The notes beneath the pieces are model-generated. The model worked only from the letters and a program-made list of their open reading frames with translations, searched no databases and was not told the origin of the DNA. The translations under genes and the position numbers were made by a program. Positions 29,305 to 43,209 of a stretch of 64,000 nucleotides of DNA are shown here, piece by piece. Each line of letters starts with the position of its first letter. The stretch's first letter is position 1. The stretch is from Eledone cirrhosa (taxonomy: Eukaryota), in assembly GCA_964016885.1 (NCBI GenBank), contig OZ024745.1, positions 19,592,001-19,656,000 of the forward strand, given 5' to 3'.

Positions 29305-29476
29305 CTGAACATCAGAAACCATTACAGTCCCATTCTTATGTTGGTGGAAGATGAAGGTTACAAAAAGGGATTTGCCCTCTTGAGGTTCTCTGAGTTCAAT
29401 TTGAACAGAGTTTTTGTCACATTTAGATAATTTTACATCTGTGAAGGATTCATACAGCTCACATATCTGCTGGGTC
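29305..29476 (-). CDS. Exon 6: TQQICELYESFTDVKLSK...GTVMVSDVQ
   Basis: ttctctacag acceptor / gtaagc donor, 172 nt, phase 2 to 0. Confidence 0.85.
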
Positions 29477-30024
29477 CTGTAGAGAAATGTACACCCAATG
29501 GAGAGCATGAAATAGAAACAACATGATATACAATAATTATTTCTACTTTGGGCACAAGGCCAGCAATTACCCCGGTGCATTACTGGTGTTTTATTTTATT
29601 GACCTCGTAAGGATGAAAGGCAAAGTTGACCTCGGCAGGATTTGAACTCAGACCATAAAGGGCCGTAACTATGCTGCAAAGCATGGCGTCCGACCTTCTA
29701 CCAATACTGCCAATGCACTGCCCCTGATCATAATCTATAAAGCTCAGTGTATGGACATGCTCCTTTGTTATAGAAATCTACGATATAGAATTTCTTCAAT
29801 TGAAATTTACAATTCAGTATTCGAAATAGCTTCGATTGCGTCTTGACGCAGATAATTTTTTCAATTTCACCCACAATTACGCAAAAAATAGATAAACTCA
29901 ATATTTTACGATTTTTCTCTCTCATTTAAACTGCTGAACTCTTTCTACTACCATTCAAAATCTATACAACTTCATACTTTCTGCTACTTTCTCTTTCCAA
30001 GCTTGATGGTGATACTGTCCGTTC

Positions 30025-30337
30025 ACACCACTCCCTACTGTCTTAAATTTAGAAAACACATATCCTCTATGAGGTTACTAAACCTGCTAGAAACAGCAGC
30101 TAACTCTCCCCCATATCACACCCCTCCCTACTGTCTTAAATTTAGAAAACATATCTTCTATGAGGTCACTAAACCTGCTAGAAACCGCAGCTAACTCTCC
30201 CCATATCACACCACTCCCTACTGTCTTAAATTTAGAAAACACATATCCTCTATGAGGTCACTAAACCTGCTAGAAACAACAGCTAACTCTCCCTCATATC
30301 ACAACCCTCCCTACTGTCTTAAATTTAGAAAACACAC
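30025..30337. repeat. ~92-bp tandem repeat, ~3.3 copies
   Basis: ctccctactgtcttaaatttagaaaacac..ctaaacctgctagaaac..gctaactctccc repeated. Confidence 0.85.
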
Positions 30338-31588
30338 AGACAACCATGCAGAACAACTCCATCGCAGCTCTGTTGTTCGGCTGGCATCGTCTACGCGCGT
30401 GTTGCGCAAGTACAGTGAACAATAAATTTCAACACTTTTTTGCACAGAGATAATATCCATAGGCGAAACTACAATTGTCACTGCTGGCGCAGCTCATGCT
30501 TCCAGGTCTGCAATTCATTCACCCAGTGCCTGGCAGACAAGAAAGTGCTGCCATAAAATGGGTGGTGCAACCTAACTTTGGTAACTTAATGACCCCGAGC
30601 AACGCCGGGCTTTAATGCTAGTATACAATAATTGTTTCTACTTTTGGCACAAGGCCAGCAATTACCCAGTACATTACTGGTACTTTATACTGATATACAA
30701 TAATGTAAGATTAACATAACAAGTAGAGTAAAACTTTCAGAAACATTTTTTCATGCTCAGTCTATCAGAGACCACAATCTTGGTTCCAGGCTTTCAGATC
30801 ATCCCTGATGACCTCATCCCACAGTGTACCACAATATTAACTCTTTAGATACCAAACCACCAGAAGTCGCCCATGATTCTACAATACAAAACATTTATTT
30901 TAAAGTGTTTATATATATATATATATATATATAAAAGCCTTAGTATAAATTTTAACCATGGAGTACATATTTGGTTGGCTATGGAGTTAGACCAGTTGTC
31001 CTGATGTGAGATAAGTCAGATCAGATGATCCTGTCTTGCTCATACAGAATTGTTTCTGACTCCGTTTCTATGGCTGGATGCCCTTCCTAACACCAACTAC
31101 AATCTTTTTCATCCATTTATTCCTGAGAGGATTGTTGGGGCAGCAGAGTCCTCAAACTCCTTCCAGTAGGTCCTGTCAGAAGCAACCGTCTGCAATTGAT
31201 CTGGTTGGATCCCCAAGCGAGACCAGCCAAGCTCATGAATGTTATCCAATCATCTTGCTCAGGGTCTACCCCTGGGTCTCTTGGTGGTTGGTTTTGCCAG
31301 TAAAATCTGTCCTCCAGTAATTCTTTCCTGAGACATTCTAACCGCATGCCCACAATATCAGAGCTGTGATTTCTCAATTCAGAGAAGTAGCAGCTCTATC
31401 TGGAGTGAATCTCTGATCTCAGAGCTACACACTCTATCAAGTAACTTTACTCTAAAGACCCTTCACAGGAACCCCATTTCAGCCGCTTGTATTTACAATT
31501 GGATTCTTAACCACATTTATATAAAAAAAAAAAAAAGAAGAAAAAAAGAATTATGTCAACAAATTTGAGAAATAAATATAAAACTTAC

Positions 31589-31764
31589 AAATTTAGTTCT
31601 TTATCCAATTCCTGTTTTTCCTTTCGATGCAAGTTTTCTTTCTCAGCTAAAGTATCTGAAATCTCTTTACATGAAGTTTTCAGGTTTTCCAGCTTTTCTT
31701 GAAGTTGAGACACATTTTCCTTCCCCTTCTGGTATACTGCTTTAGCTGTCTCAATCTTGGAGAT
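31589..31764 (-). CDS. Exon 5 (coiled coil): ISKIETAKAVYQKGKENVSQLQEKLENLK...DKELN
   Basis: ttgttcag acceptor / gtaagt donor, 176 nt, phase 0 to 2. Confidence 0.87.
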
Positions 31765-32829
31765 CTGAACAACAATATAAAAATTAGGATAACAACATAA
31801 ACCAAACAACTCGTTAGTCCCCAAAGTAGTCAACATTGACTCCAAGTGGGGCAATGAGACTGTAGTATCTTCTTTATAGAAATCCCTCTCAATACTGTCC
31901 ATAAAACCTCCTATGTTCTAATTACATCATTTAATATACTACAGCAAATTCAGTTATTAAACATTATCATTTTTATGTCTACTTCTCCATGCTAGAATGA
32001 GGCGGTGGGGATGTTTTGAGACAACAATGTTTTACAACCAGAGGCTCTTCATCATCATCATTGTTTAACGTTCATTTTCCACACTAGCATGGGCAATCTT
32101 TAGTCACCTCCAACACACAGAGATATGGTGTACCTATTATAAAAACTGGAATCAAAATGAATAAAGTGGTCGTGCAGGTGTGTCAACACTTTAAAGTGGT
32201 CGTGTAAGTGTCACCACAAAAAGCACCCAGTCCACATTGTAAAGTGGTCATGGAGGTGTAATGACAAAAGCACCCTGTACTCACTATGGGGTTGGCATTA
32301 GGAAGGGTATCTAGCTGTAGAAATCAAGCCAAAATCAGTTCTGTGCAAGTAAGACATGGTCACCTGACCTGGTATTTCTCACAACAGGACAACTTGTCTA
32401 ACCCATGCTAGCGTGGAAAATGAACGTTAAACAGTGATGATGATAATAGAAAACAATGTAAGTGGCCAAGAGAAAGGACTTCGAAGTGCTGAGAATATAG
32501 AATTAATGTAAAGGATGATGTAGTCATGCAGAAAAATGCTATTTTATAGCATCTCTGAGCAGGAATACATCATTCTTTACAGAATAATATATTTTTCCTC
32601 TAGACAATTTAGTAAATCATTGAGCAAGACTAGATGAAACTAAGAAAACTTATAACATTCTAGAAATGTATACATACCAAATCTTTATCAAGGCAGAAAT
32701 CATCATTGGGAAGATGGGGTCCAAATATTTCTTGAATTTTATCAACTTTTTCTAGTTTCAATTTCCTGTGCTGTTCAGCCTAGTGAGCAGGGGAAAAAAC
32801 TGATAATAATGACACCTCACATTCAATAA

Positions 32830-33745
32830 TAACAATAATAATAATGGCTTTTGATTTAGGCACAAGGCCGGAAATTTGGAGAGCAGGGAAAGTTGATAAA
32901 AAGCCAGATTCGAACTCAGAACGTAAAAAAATAGTAACTCGATGCCGCAAAGCATGTTGTCCGACGCTCTACTGATACTTCCAATCCACCGCCCTAACTC
33001 CCATGCAAAATAATTGTTTCTACTTTTGGCACAAGGCCAGCAATTATCCCAGTGTATTACTGGTACTTTATTTTATCGACCCCGTAAGGATGAAAGGCAA
33101 AGTTAACCTCGACGGGATTTGAACTCAGAATGGCAAGGGCCGTAACTCTATGCGTCAAAGCATGGCGTCCGACATGCAAAATAATTGTTTCTACTTTAGG
33201 CACAAGGCTAGCAATTATCCAGTACATTACTGGTACTTTATTTTATCGACCCCGTAAGGATGAAAGGCAAAGTTAACCTCGGTGGGATTTGAACTCAGAC
33301 TGTAAAGGGACGTAACTATGCTAGAAAGCATGGCGTCCAACTCTCTACCGATACTGCCAATCCACCGACATGCAAAATAATTGTTTCTACTTTTTGACAC
33401 AAGGCCAGCAATTACCCAGTATATTACTGGTACTTTATTTTATCGATCCCGTAAGGATGAAAGGCAAAGTTAACCTCGGCGGGATTTGAACTCAGAATGG
33501 CAAGGGCCGTAACACTATGCGTCAAAGCATGGCGTCCGACCCTCTACCGATACTGCCAAAAAATAATTGTTTCTACTTTTGGCACAAGGCCAGCAATTAC
33601 CCAGTGCATTACTGGTACTTTATTTTATCGACCCCGTAAGGATGAAAGGCAAAGTGAACCTCGGCGGGATTTGAACTCAGATCGTAAAGGGACGTAACTA
33701 TGCTGGAAAGCATAGCGTCCGACTCTCTACCGATACTGCCACAAA
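32830..33745 (-). mobile_element. Tandem array of ~5 SINE copies
   Basis: ~170-195-bp SINE units joined through (tgc)aaaataattgtttctactttt. Confidence 0.88.
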
Positions 33746-34089
33746 AAATAATGCTTTCTTGAAACATTACAAAGCTGAAAGTAATTCAAGGTAGATAACT
33801 CTGTGCAAAGTTTTTCGAAATTATCTCTCTTGGTTTTATAATTTTTTTCTTTTTTTTTTTCTTCTTTTGCTAAGTTAAATATTTGGGCGGTAGATTTGGC
33901 AGAATTGTTAGTCCAACAAAATGTTTTGTGATATTTGTTCCGCTTCTTTACGTCTAACTTCAAATTCTGCAATGGTCAACTTTACCTTTCTTTTTTACGA
34001 AAGTCGATAACATAGAGTATCAATAAAAAATTGGAGTCAATAAAATCCCCTAAATTGTGCCAGTCAGTAGACTGCAGTTCAAAAGAGAA

Positions 34090-34141
<52 letters not shown>

Positions 34142-34212
34142 GGCTCATGGCTTAATGGTTATAGTGTCGGGCTTACAATCGTGAGGTTATATATATATAT
34201 ATATATATTTAT

Positions 34213-34873
34213 ATATTTATTAAAATAACAGATTAAAGTTTAAGCAAAGAATTGCTGCTTTCACCCTTAACGGGATCTTCTGAAACTAACAAAGTCAATC
34301 TGTGAACGCAGAAGTGAATATTTCAAAAAACGTAGCAAGTGGAGGAAGACAGGAAGATGATACTTTGGTTCGTGGAAACGTTCCCTGGCAAAGAACGGGA
34401 AAAAACGAATATAATACGTCATTATTTGGAGCGGTGAAAAACAATTACACGCAAAGACAAAACCACGTTTATGGTATAAAAGAAGTCGTAGACTAATATT
34501 CTATTAGGTGGTTCATAGAGACGTTCTCTGGCAATGAACGGAAAAAACGAAGATAATACGTCATATGTGGAGCGTGGAGAACAATTGCACGCAAAGACAA
34601 AACCACGTAAATGGTATAACTGAAGTCGTAGACTAAAATTCTAACTAGGAGACCAAATGAATCTCGGCTTCAGAGTTAAGAATAAAGTAAATAAAATACA
34701 GAGGCAATTGAAATTAAATAAATACATACACGCATCCATATACGTACAGGGTGAAAGCAGCGATTCTTTGCTTAAACTTTAATCTGTTATTTCAATAAAT
34801 ATTTGCTCTACGTTCTTATATATTTGATATATATTTATACTTATTGGATTTTAGTCTTCAAATTTATTATTAT

Positions 34874-34875
<2 letters not shown>
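34213..34875. mobile_element. Penelope-like insertion with inverted terminal segment, adjacent to (TA)n
   Basis: 55-bp inverted arms 34213-34267 / 34748-34802; body matches 14292-14945. Confidence 0.7.
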
Positions 34876-34952
<77 letters not shown>

Positions 34953-34994
34953 TTCAAAATATTAACAAAAATAGACATTCGTGTGATCAAGTAT

Positions 34995-35059
34995 ATTTTA
35001 TTATATATATTTCAGAGGTACTGAGCTATCTTCAACAGTACGTCCTCATCAGATAAAAT
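34995..35059 (-). ncRNA. Type I hammerhead ribozyme (sense to the host gene intron)
   Basis: attttat-CTGATGA-ggacgtactg..cagtacctct-GAAA-tatata-TA^ataaaat on minus. Confidence 0.85.
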
Positions 35060-35167
35060 AAGATGATGCATGACATACCCTGACTTAGTAGATGGTTAAG
35101 ATTCAGTCATGGTAGTATGACTGAATCTTAACCATCTACTAAGTCAGGGTATGTCATGCATCATCTT

Positions 35168-35232
35168 ATTTTATCTGATGAGGACGTACTGTTGAAGATA
35201 GCTCAGTACCTCTGAAATATGTATAATAAAAT
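35168..35232 (+). ncRNA. Type I hammerhead ribozyme (mirror copy)
   Basis: attttat-CTGATGA(35175-81)-stem II-GAAA(35214-17)-tatgta-TA^ataaaat. Confidence 0.82.
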
Positions 35233-35494
35233 ATACTTGATCACACGAATGTCTATTTTTGTTAATATTTTGAATTAATATTAATAACTCCGGAAAACCA
35301 TTCCTGTGGAGTGCTTCCAATCTATTGTAAAACTCATTCTTTGATTTATTCATTGAACTTTGTTTAACTTTTAAATATATTTATATAAAAAAAAAAAAAA
35401 AAAAAATGTCCCCCACCTACCCCCCACTCTCCTGAGCGTGAATTTAATAAACATTTATCGTACTGCCTCTCTGTTCTGTCCCTGTTCAATTTTT

Positions 35495-35551
<57 letters not shown>

Positions 35552-35699
35552 GTATTTTAAGAGGTTTCTAATTAACAAATAATTTGTATTTCAACATATT
35601 TATGCCTCAAAATACATGACCCAAAAGATCTTCCACTTGTCTTTCCTGACTAATTATAATTATAGTACATAGCTTTTTAAAAGGAGTTTGATTGACTTC

Positions 35700-35822
35700 A
35701 CAAACAACAATCCTTTGGAAATTTATTGACTCTACAAACAACAATCCTTTGGAAATTTATTGACTCTACAAACAACAATCCTTTGGAAATTTATTGACTC
35801 TACAAACAACAATCCTTTAGAA
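35700..35822. repeat. 34-bp tandem repeat, ~3.5 copies
   Basis: caaacaacaatcctttggaaatttattgactcta repeated. Confidence 0.9.
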
Positions 35823-37108
35823 GTTTGTTTCTCTAAAAGGAGGAAATAAAATTTACTAATATTTAAAAAAAAATATAAGCTGTAGGCAACATAAGACTTT
35901 TAGGGAAATATACGAACGTCTTCCTTATATTTCTGATATTGTACAAAAGAGGTTTGGGGCCCATTCCCATCACCCCACAAATGAAGCTGTGTACTTGGAA
36001 AACCAGCAGCTGTCAAAGATGTCACAAGCTCTCCTATCCAGATGTCATAGCCAGAGATGCTGGTATTGATGTTCAGGATCTAGGTAATGTATTGAGAGAC
36101 AGACCTACATGGAGATCTACTGTTGAATCTATTTCAGCTGATGTCACTGCATGATAAAATTTGCATCAGCAAATTTTAAGATGTAAACTCAGGCATGCAA
36201 ACATACACTAACAAATGAGTTCTGTAAATAGTTTTTTTTTTAATATTTAAATGAACTGCTGAGGTAACAAAACCAGATATAAAGTGCACACTACATTCAA
36301 TCTGTAGTGGGCTTAATTTGTGGGTCAATTAACACATATCCATGTCACTGATGATCTTGGCAAGAGTTCAGATACCCACCACGTAAAAACTATCTAAACT
36401 ATAATAAAGTAAGGAGTGCGGGAATGCGTACGGTTTATTTCTTTTAATCCAGGTAGTAAAATAAGTTGGATTACTTTGAATAAATAATTGTTTCTACTTT
36501 TGGCACAAGGCCAGCAATTACCTAGTGCATTACTGGTACTTTATTTTATCGACCCCGTGAGGATGAAAGGCAAAGTTAACCTTGGCGGGATTTGAACTCA
36601 GATCATAAAGGGGCATAACTCTGTGCTGCAAAGCATAGCGTCTGACCCGCTACCGATACTGCCAATCCAACGCCCTTTGAATAAATAATGAATGAATATT
36701 ACATAATTTATCTACTAAATTTCGTTATTCTTGATTAAATATAATTGTGTTGCTTATTTTAAGATTCACTTCTTTAAAATTTTCAAATGTCAATACTTCC
36801 GGTTAGTGATCGCTTAAATAAACATTCATATATTTCCGTCAATAATTTTGTCCTAATGCAGTTTATATATAATATCGTCTTTTTTCAATGTATCATGGAT
36901 TACGTTGCTGATTACATAAGACAGTGTAACACAGTCTCTCTTCAATTTCTGTGTATATTGTTAATTACGATTTTATTTTATGTATCATATCTACATGCAT
37001 ATATACTTGCGTATAATATCAATACGCACACTACACATGCTAGCAGAAAACCACCCAAAGGGTGGTTTTTCTGCTAGTATTTATAATAAACATAAGTAAA
37101 TGTCTTAC

Positions 37109-37173
37109 CTTATAAGTAACTAAACTGACTTTTTCTGCAAGAATTTTCAATTTCTCATCTAGATTGAAAAATT
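37109..37173 (-). CDS. Exon 4: FFNLDEKLKILAEKVSLVTYK
   Basis: ttttattcag acceptor / gtaaga donor, 65 nt, phase 1 to 0. Confidence 0.8.
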
Positions 37174-39847
37174 CTGAATAAAAGGAAATATATACATATA
37201 TCATAATTATAAAACCCAGGATTTTTGTGTGTCTAAGAAGTGGTAAAAAAGACACAAAAAACAATAATTTTTTACATAATTTTCTTGTGTTGGCCAAGCG
37301 AGCCATGTATAGAGCTATAAGCAGCAAGGGAAGTGCTGGCAATGAATTCAGTGATGAATCTGAAGAGCAAGTGTGGGTCCACTAGGGCTCAATCCTTAGC
37401 CCACTTCTCTTTATCATTGTTCTCCAGGCTATAACAGAGGAGTTTAAGACTAGCACTCCATGGGAATTCTTATGTGCTGATGATCTAGTGTTAATGGCTG
37501 AATCCATGGAAGAGTTAGAGGCAAAATTCCAGGATATTGAAGAAAGATGTAAAAGTGAAATGCCTAAAGGTAAACTTAGCAAAGACTAAAATACAGGAAC
37601 CTTGTACTGTCAGGAAAGTGGCATTCTTTAACTCTTTAGCATTTAAACTCACTGTATCCAGTCAGAATTCTTCATCTCTTTCTGTTCAAACCAGCTGCAA
37701 CTGGCCACTCATACAGATGTTAAGGTGTTGTTCTCAAAATAAATAATATGAAAATCTCATAGATTCGATATGATGTGAGGTAAATCCTTGACCACGAAAA
37801 TACAATAGTAAATATAGAGTAATGTAAATGTTAAAGGGTTAATATGTTCAAAAGGATGGTACAGAAATTTGTTGTGCTGGCAAAGACCTGTTCAACCCAC
37901 ACAAGCAGACGGACAATGACGACAACATCATCCACAGCATCATTAACTCTTAACGTCCTGTACCACATGAAACTGCATTAGTAAGTTATTCTTGAAATGT
38001 ACAAAATATCACTATGATCATATACACATCAAAACATTTTAAAGTCTTTACTTTAGTTTACTGCACATTTTAACAGAAAGCTATCCACTAGTAAAGACTC
38101 CATAAATATTTAAATTAATAAACCCATTTTTAGATATTTTCTGATAAATCTTTACAGGATATTAAGAGTTTAAGAAAAAAAATCTTTCACACATTTTTTT
38201 TTTAAGTCAGCATTAGTTTGATAGAATTATTTAAATCAAAATTTATAAAGGAAAGCTTGGCTGAGTAAGGTGCCATAAAAGATGATGATGGTGATGTGGG
38301 GGTGGAGATGATGGCAGAGGGGTAGAGATATCTAGCATTTCAGCCAACTAATGAGGAATCAGTTTAATACAAGCTTCAGTGGACAGTTAGCCAAGGAAAA
38401 TATAGAACGAGGAAGAGAAACAAATTTTTCTCATCAAGAAATAGATTCTCTAAAAATAATAGACTACATATGTGTTTGCTTCTACGTCTAACCCATGCTA
38501 GCGTGGAAGAACGGATGTGTGATGATGATGATGATGATATGCGTGTGTGTGTGTACAGATCTTTAATATTCATAGAAATACCCCCACCCCACCTTATATA
38601 TCCACACAAACCTATACAGGTCACACACGTACACACACTATAACATACTTGCTAAGAAAGACAATCATTTTTGTTGGTGTTGTTGGTTAGCCCATGGTCA
38701 GCTTTGACTTAGCAACCCTATGATCAAAGACATTCCATCTATGACTAACCCATTTCTTTTCAGGCATAATATTTCTCGGGATACATTATCCAATGTGTTC
38801 TTCCTTTTTAAAGATGGTAGGGTCTGATTTTAGGGAGATTTGGCTGCTACTTCTAGCAGACGTACGATTATGTTAAGGCTCCTTCAGTAGCTCAAATACA
38901 ATGGCAGTGAAGTTTAGAAACGCTGAACAACTGAGCACATGGTCCCTAATTCAAACACTACTACAGCCACAGCTATTGTCGTATGACCCTTATAACCCTC
39001 AGCAAGGATCATACCTCTACTGGTTAGTTTTTTTAAAAATCATCATTGGTTGTAAAGTTTAATCCTTTCATTACCACATTTATATTTAGGGCGGTGGATT
39101 GGCAGTATCGGATTGATCGTTGGACAACATGCTTTGTGGCACAGAGTTACGGCCCTTTACGGTCTGAGTTCAAATCCTGCCGAGGTTAGTTTTACCTTTC
39201 ATCCTTACGAAGTCGATAAAATATAGCACCAGTAATGCACTGGGGTAGATTTAATCAATTTTCCCCTCTCCAAAAATTGTTGGTCTTGTGCCTAAATCAG
39301 AAAGCATCATAATATTTATATTTACAATGAAATATGTCATCACCATCATCGTTTAATGTCTTTTTTCCTGCTAGAAATGGTTGGTCATGTCGTCACTGAC
39401 CAGTCAGTACTAAAGCAGAGCCTCTCACCTCCAGATGGGTAATACATGGTATTTGAATTAATTATGGATGATGACTGCTAGGTGAAGAAGTGCCAGGAAA
39501 ACCCTGTGGTAGGAAGCTGCAGTAGAGGTAGTGAGAGCTGATCTTAAAATTGCTGAAACTCACAGAGGGGATGACGAATGAAGGGATGCTGTGCTGAAAA
39601 GGATCTGTCCAACCCATTTAAGCATGGTAAGACGTACATAACGATGATAATGATAATGGAAAATTTGGAGGGATTTACTAAAATGATTATTTCATTTAAG
39701 ATGGTATTTGTAATATAATTGACAAAAGGTTCTTAAGTGAAATTATGTTGGAAGATTTAAAATGATATAGGAGCCCTTTAAAATGAGTTGTTTTGTTTCA
39801 AAGAACCATAGGTGGTTTGGGGACAGGCTGGTATGACAAGAGTTAAG

Positions 39848-40038
39848 ATGTGCTGGGACTGTGAGGTCAAACTCCACGTCTGCTGGTACCAGGAAGTCAA
39901 ACTCAGGGTCTGCTGGGACCGTGAGGTCAAACTGCTGGTACCAGGAAGTCAAACCCTAGGTCTGTTCGGACCATGAGGTTAAACCCTAGGTCTGCTGGGA
40001 CCATAAGTTCAAACTCTATGTCTGCTGGGACCATGAGA
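39848..40038. repeat. Degenerate ~30-bp tandem repeat
   Basis: tctgctgggacc(a/g)tgaggtcaaac units. Confidence 0.75.
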
Positions 40039-41265
40039 TGGCTTGCATCTGGGGTTCTACACACCAGAAAGCATTCTCTGATGCTGCGTAGGAGGGCAGG
40101 TGTGTATCATTGGGGTAGTGATTGTATGGGTCGCTGATATCTACTACATCTGTCCCCACACACACATCTGTCCACACACACACACACACATCTGCCCACA
40201 CATACACATAACTATCATTGTTCCAGTTTGCTTCATTGACAAAAACAGATTTCATTACTAATTCACGGTAAAGTACTTAGTACTACAAAGAGTATCTAGC
40301 TGTAAAAACAATTACTACTACTACTACTACTGCCACCATTATTATTAGTACTACTACTACCACCACCACCACTACTACTAAAACCACCACCACCATTACC
40401 ATTATTAGTACTACTACCACCACCACCAACCATAGAGTCTATGCTAGCAGGACAAAAATGGATGCTATGTGACCCCCCCCCCCCCCCAAGGCAGTCATCC
40501 ACAAATCCCCTCCATCAGATGTGTACACACAACTACAAGAACATATTTAAATATTAAAACAGCTACCTTTTCCTCATTTATACAGACATTGTTACACAAC
40601 CAGAACTACTTATACTACATAAGTATACCAGCTCATATTCTGGCTTTAACTCCTGCTCCTTCATATGATAAACATTGCTTATTATTTTCAAATATATATT
40701 TTTTTTAAACTATCGAGAATTTGTGAATATTACACCTGTTTCACTTTGGAGGTGAATTCCATATTTCCTATTGTTTTTAATGTTTTGAATGAAAATGGCC
40801 TTCAAAATAGTCAGAAATAAGTAAAAGATCATTATGGAATGGTGTTGTGAAACAAAAACCATACTCTAAATGATACTTAGAACATCTTAGATATCAAAAT
40901 ATTAACATAATGTGCTGATTGCCTGCCTTGGACTATTATCTCGGTTTAGATTTTTGCCTATTACCTACCACATCCTAACATCCCACCCCAGCCCCCAATC
41001 CACACTGTAAATGTGGTTGGCATTAGGAAGGGCATCCAGCCATAGAAACCAAGCCAGAATCAGTTCTACATGAGCAAGACACACTCACCTGACCTGATTT
41101 GTCTCACAAGATAACTCATCTAATCCATGCTAATGTGGAAAAATGGACAGTGATGGTGAGGATGATGATGATGACATGAAATAAGGGGTTGCTTTATATT
41201 CGAGTATATATGGTATATCAACAAATAAATATATATATACAGACTAATGTATTGAAAATATTTAC

Positions 41266-41349
41266 TTTGGGTTAATTCTGGAATAAGACCATCAATTTTC
41301 TCTCTCAAATTGTCACATAATTCTTTAGACTGTGAAGCTGCAGTTTTAT
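41266..41349 (-). CDS. Exon 3: DKTAASQSKELCDNLREKIDGLIPELTQ
   Basis: ctcaatttcag acceptor / gtaaat donor, 84 nt, symmetric phase 1-1. Confidence 0.68.
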
Positions 41350-42380
41350 CTGAAATTGAGGAAATGTTTTAAAAAATATAACAATTTGTGTGAAATAATG
41401 GATTTTTACTTATCTTTCTTTATTTGTTTACTTGGAGAGCTGTGAGGAACATTTCTGTAAAACCTCTCCAATGTAAATTTGTTTAAATATCCAATAACTG
41501 TTAGTAAACGGGTTTAAAACAAGAGAGAGCTACGTCTATATAATGTATGTATGTAGTTATAACTCCTGATGGAGTCATAAGGGAGCCATAGTGACATACA
41601 ACATGTCTTAGGCATTTTTTAAAAACCTGGCAAAGCCCATCCATGTGTCTCATTTAACCCTTTAGCATTTACACCAGCCGTATCCGGCCAGAATTCTCTC
41701 ACCTCTTTCTGTTTAAACCAGCTGTAACCAGCCCCCTCATACTGATGTTAAGGTATTGTTCATTAAAATCTCATAGAGTCGATATCATGTAGATAAAGCC
41801 TTTATCACAAAAATACAATAGCATATATAGAGTAATCATCATCATCACCGTTTTACGTCCGTTCTTCCACGCTAGCATGGGTTAGACGGGTTGTCCTGTT
41901 GTGGGCAGTCTCTGGTCGGCTGACCATGCCTTGCTCATACAGGAACTGATTTGGCTTGATTTCTACAGCTGGATGCCCTTCCTAACACCAACCTCATTTA
42001 CAGTGAGTGCTGGGCGCTTTTTCGTGGCGCCTACACATCCACTTTACAGTGTGGGCTGGGTGCTTATGTGCCGTGGCACCTCCACGACCACCTTGCAGTG
42101 GGAGGGTGTGGGGGCATATTGTCTATATGCTTCAGCTTGTACCCATGGGAGGTCGGGTACTCTGTATTAATGTAGTAATGTAAATGCTAAAGGGTTAATG
42201 CTGTGTCAAAAGTCAATGAGGTTGCATGCTCTCCTATCAAGATGTCGTAATCAGAGACTCTAGTATTGATGTTTGGGATCTAGGTAATGTAATGAATAAC
42301 AGACTTACATGGAGATCTAATGATGAGTTTATTTCAGCTGAAGTGGCAGGATGATGACTATGGTAGAGGTTTGACTAGAG

Positions 42381-42672
42381 TAGGCATGGGCAACTTTTTT
42401 CGAGAAGCGAACCGCATGAGATATGGCTCATCATCAGGCGGGCCGCAAGCGCTAATTTACATTCGTGCCCACATTAGAAAAAAAGGGCTGTAACTCAAGC
42501 TGTTTTGATTTTTTTCTTCAGAATTTGTACACATTGTTTTCCTTGATCGTAAAAATGATAGAAAGATAAATCACGACTTAAAGGTTGGGGTAAAAAAATT
42601 AGAAAGATTTCACTTAGGTGACTTAGGCGAGCTATTCAGAAAGCTCCGCGGGCTGCAGGTTGCCCATGACTG
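42381..42672. mobile_element. hAT-type MITE, 292 bp
   Basis: TIRs taggcatgggcaac / gttgcccatgactg; perfect 8-bp target duplication gactagag at 42373-80 and 42673-80. Confidence 0.9.
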
Positions 42673-43006
42673 GACTAGAGGTTAAACAACATCAACAACA
42701 ACAATGATGAAGATGACAACACTAACATTACCACAAACATCACAATATGTTGATGAATTTATTATTGTTATTGTTTTTTTTTTTATGAAGGATGACAGAA
42801 AAATTCATAGCCTGACCAAGATACTCTCATGGAATGACCAAATGAGGTTTATTTTTCAACATAGTCCCTGGAAAGAAACAATGCAGTTATTAATAAGAAG
42901 AGTTTAAATTAATGAATGCAAGATTTCACAGCTCTAACATCACTCCATAGTCAGCCTATGAACTTTTCATCTAACTCTCGTATGTACACAAACACTTTCA
43001 ACTTAC

Positions 43007-43115
43007 CATAAGAAACAGGATTCAGTAATTCTTTATCATTGCTAATCAGAGACTTCAAGAAAAGGAGTCTCAACTCAAGCTGAGATACCAGATTCTTTGA
43101 TGTATTCTTCTTGCA
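43007..43115 (-). CDS. Exon 2: CKKNTSKNLVSQLELRLLFLKSLISNDKELLNPVSY
   Basis: tttactgtccag acceptor / gtaagt donor, 109 nt, phase 0 to 1. Confidence 0.8.
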
Positions 43116-43209
43116 CTGGACAGTAAAATAGATGTTATAAAATACGTTTACATTGTGTGTGTGTATTAGGGAGAGAAATAGAACAGAGGAACTATAATAA
43201 TAATAATAA

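Larger units (their letters stand above)
34946..35281. mobile_element. Palindrome with 165-bp arms carrying two hammerhead motifs, adjacent to (TA)n
   Basis: Arms 34946-35110 / 35117-35281, 6-nt loop ggtagt, one visible mismatch. Confidence 0.9.

Noticed and set aside
33727-33972. Lys/Glu-rich ORF as an extra exon
   Set aside because: Overlaps a SINE and an A-tract, lacks a good donor, and is not needed for phase continuity
42428-42440. CTGATGA on the minus strand
   Set aside because: Inside a hAT MITE; no matching stem II/GAAA/stem I arrangement
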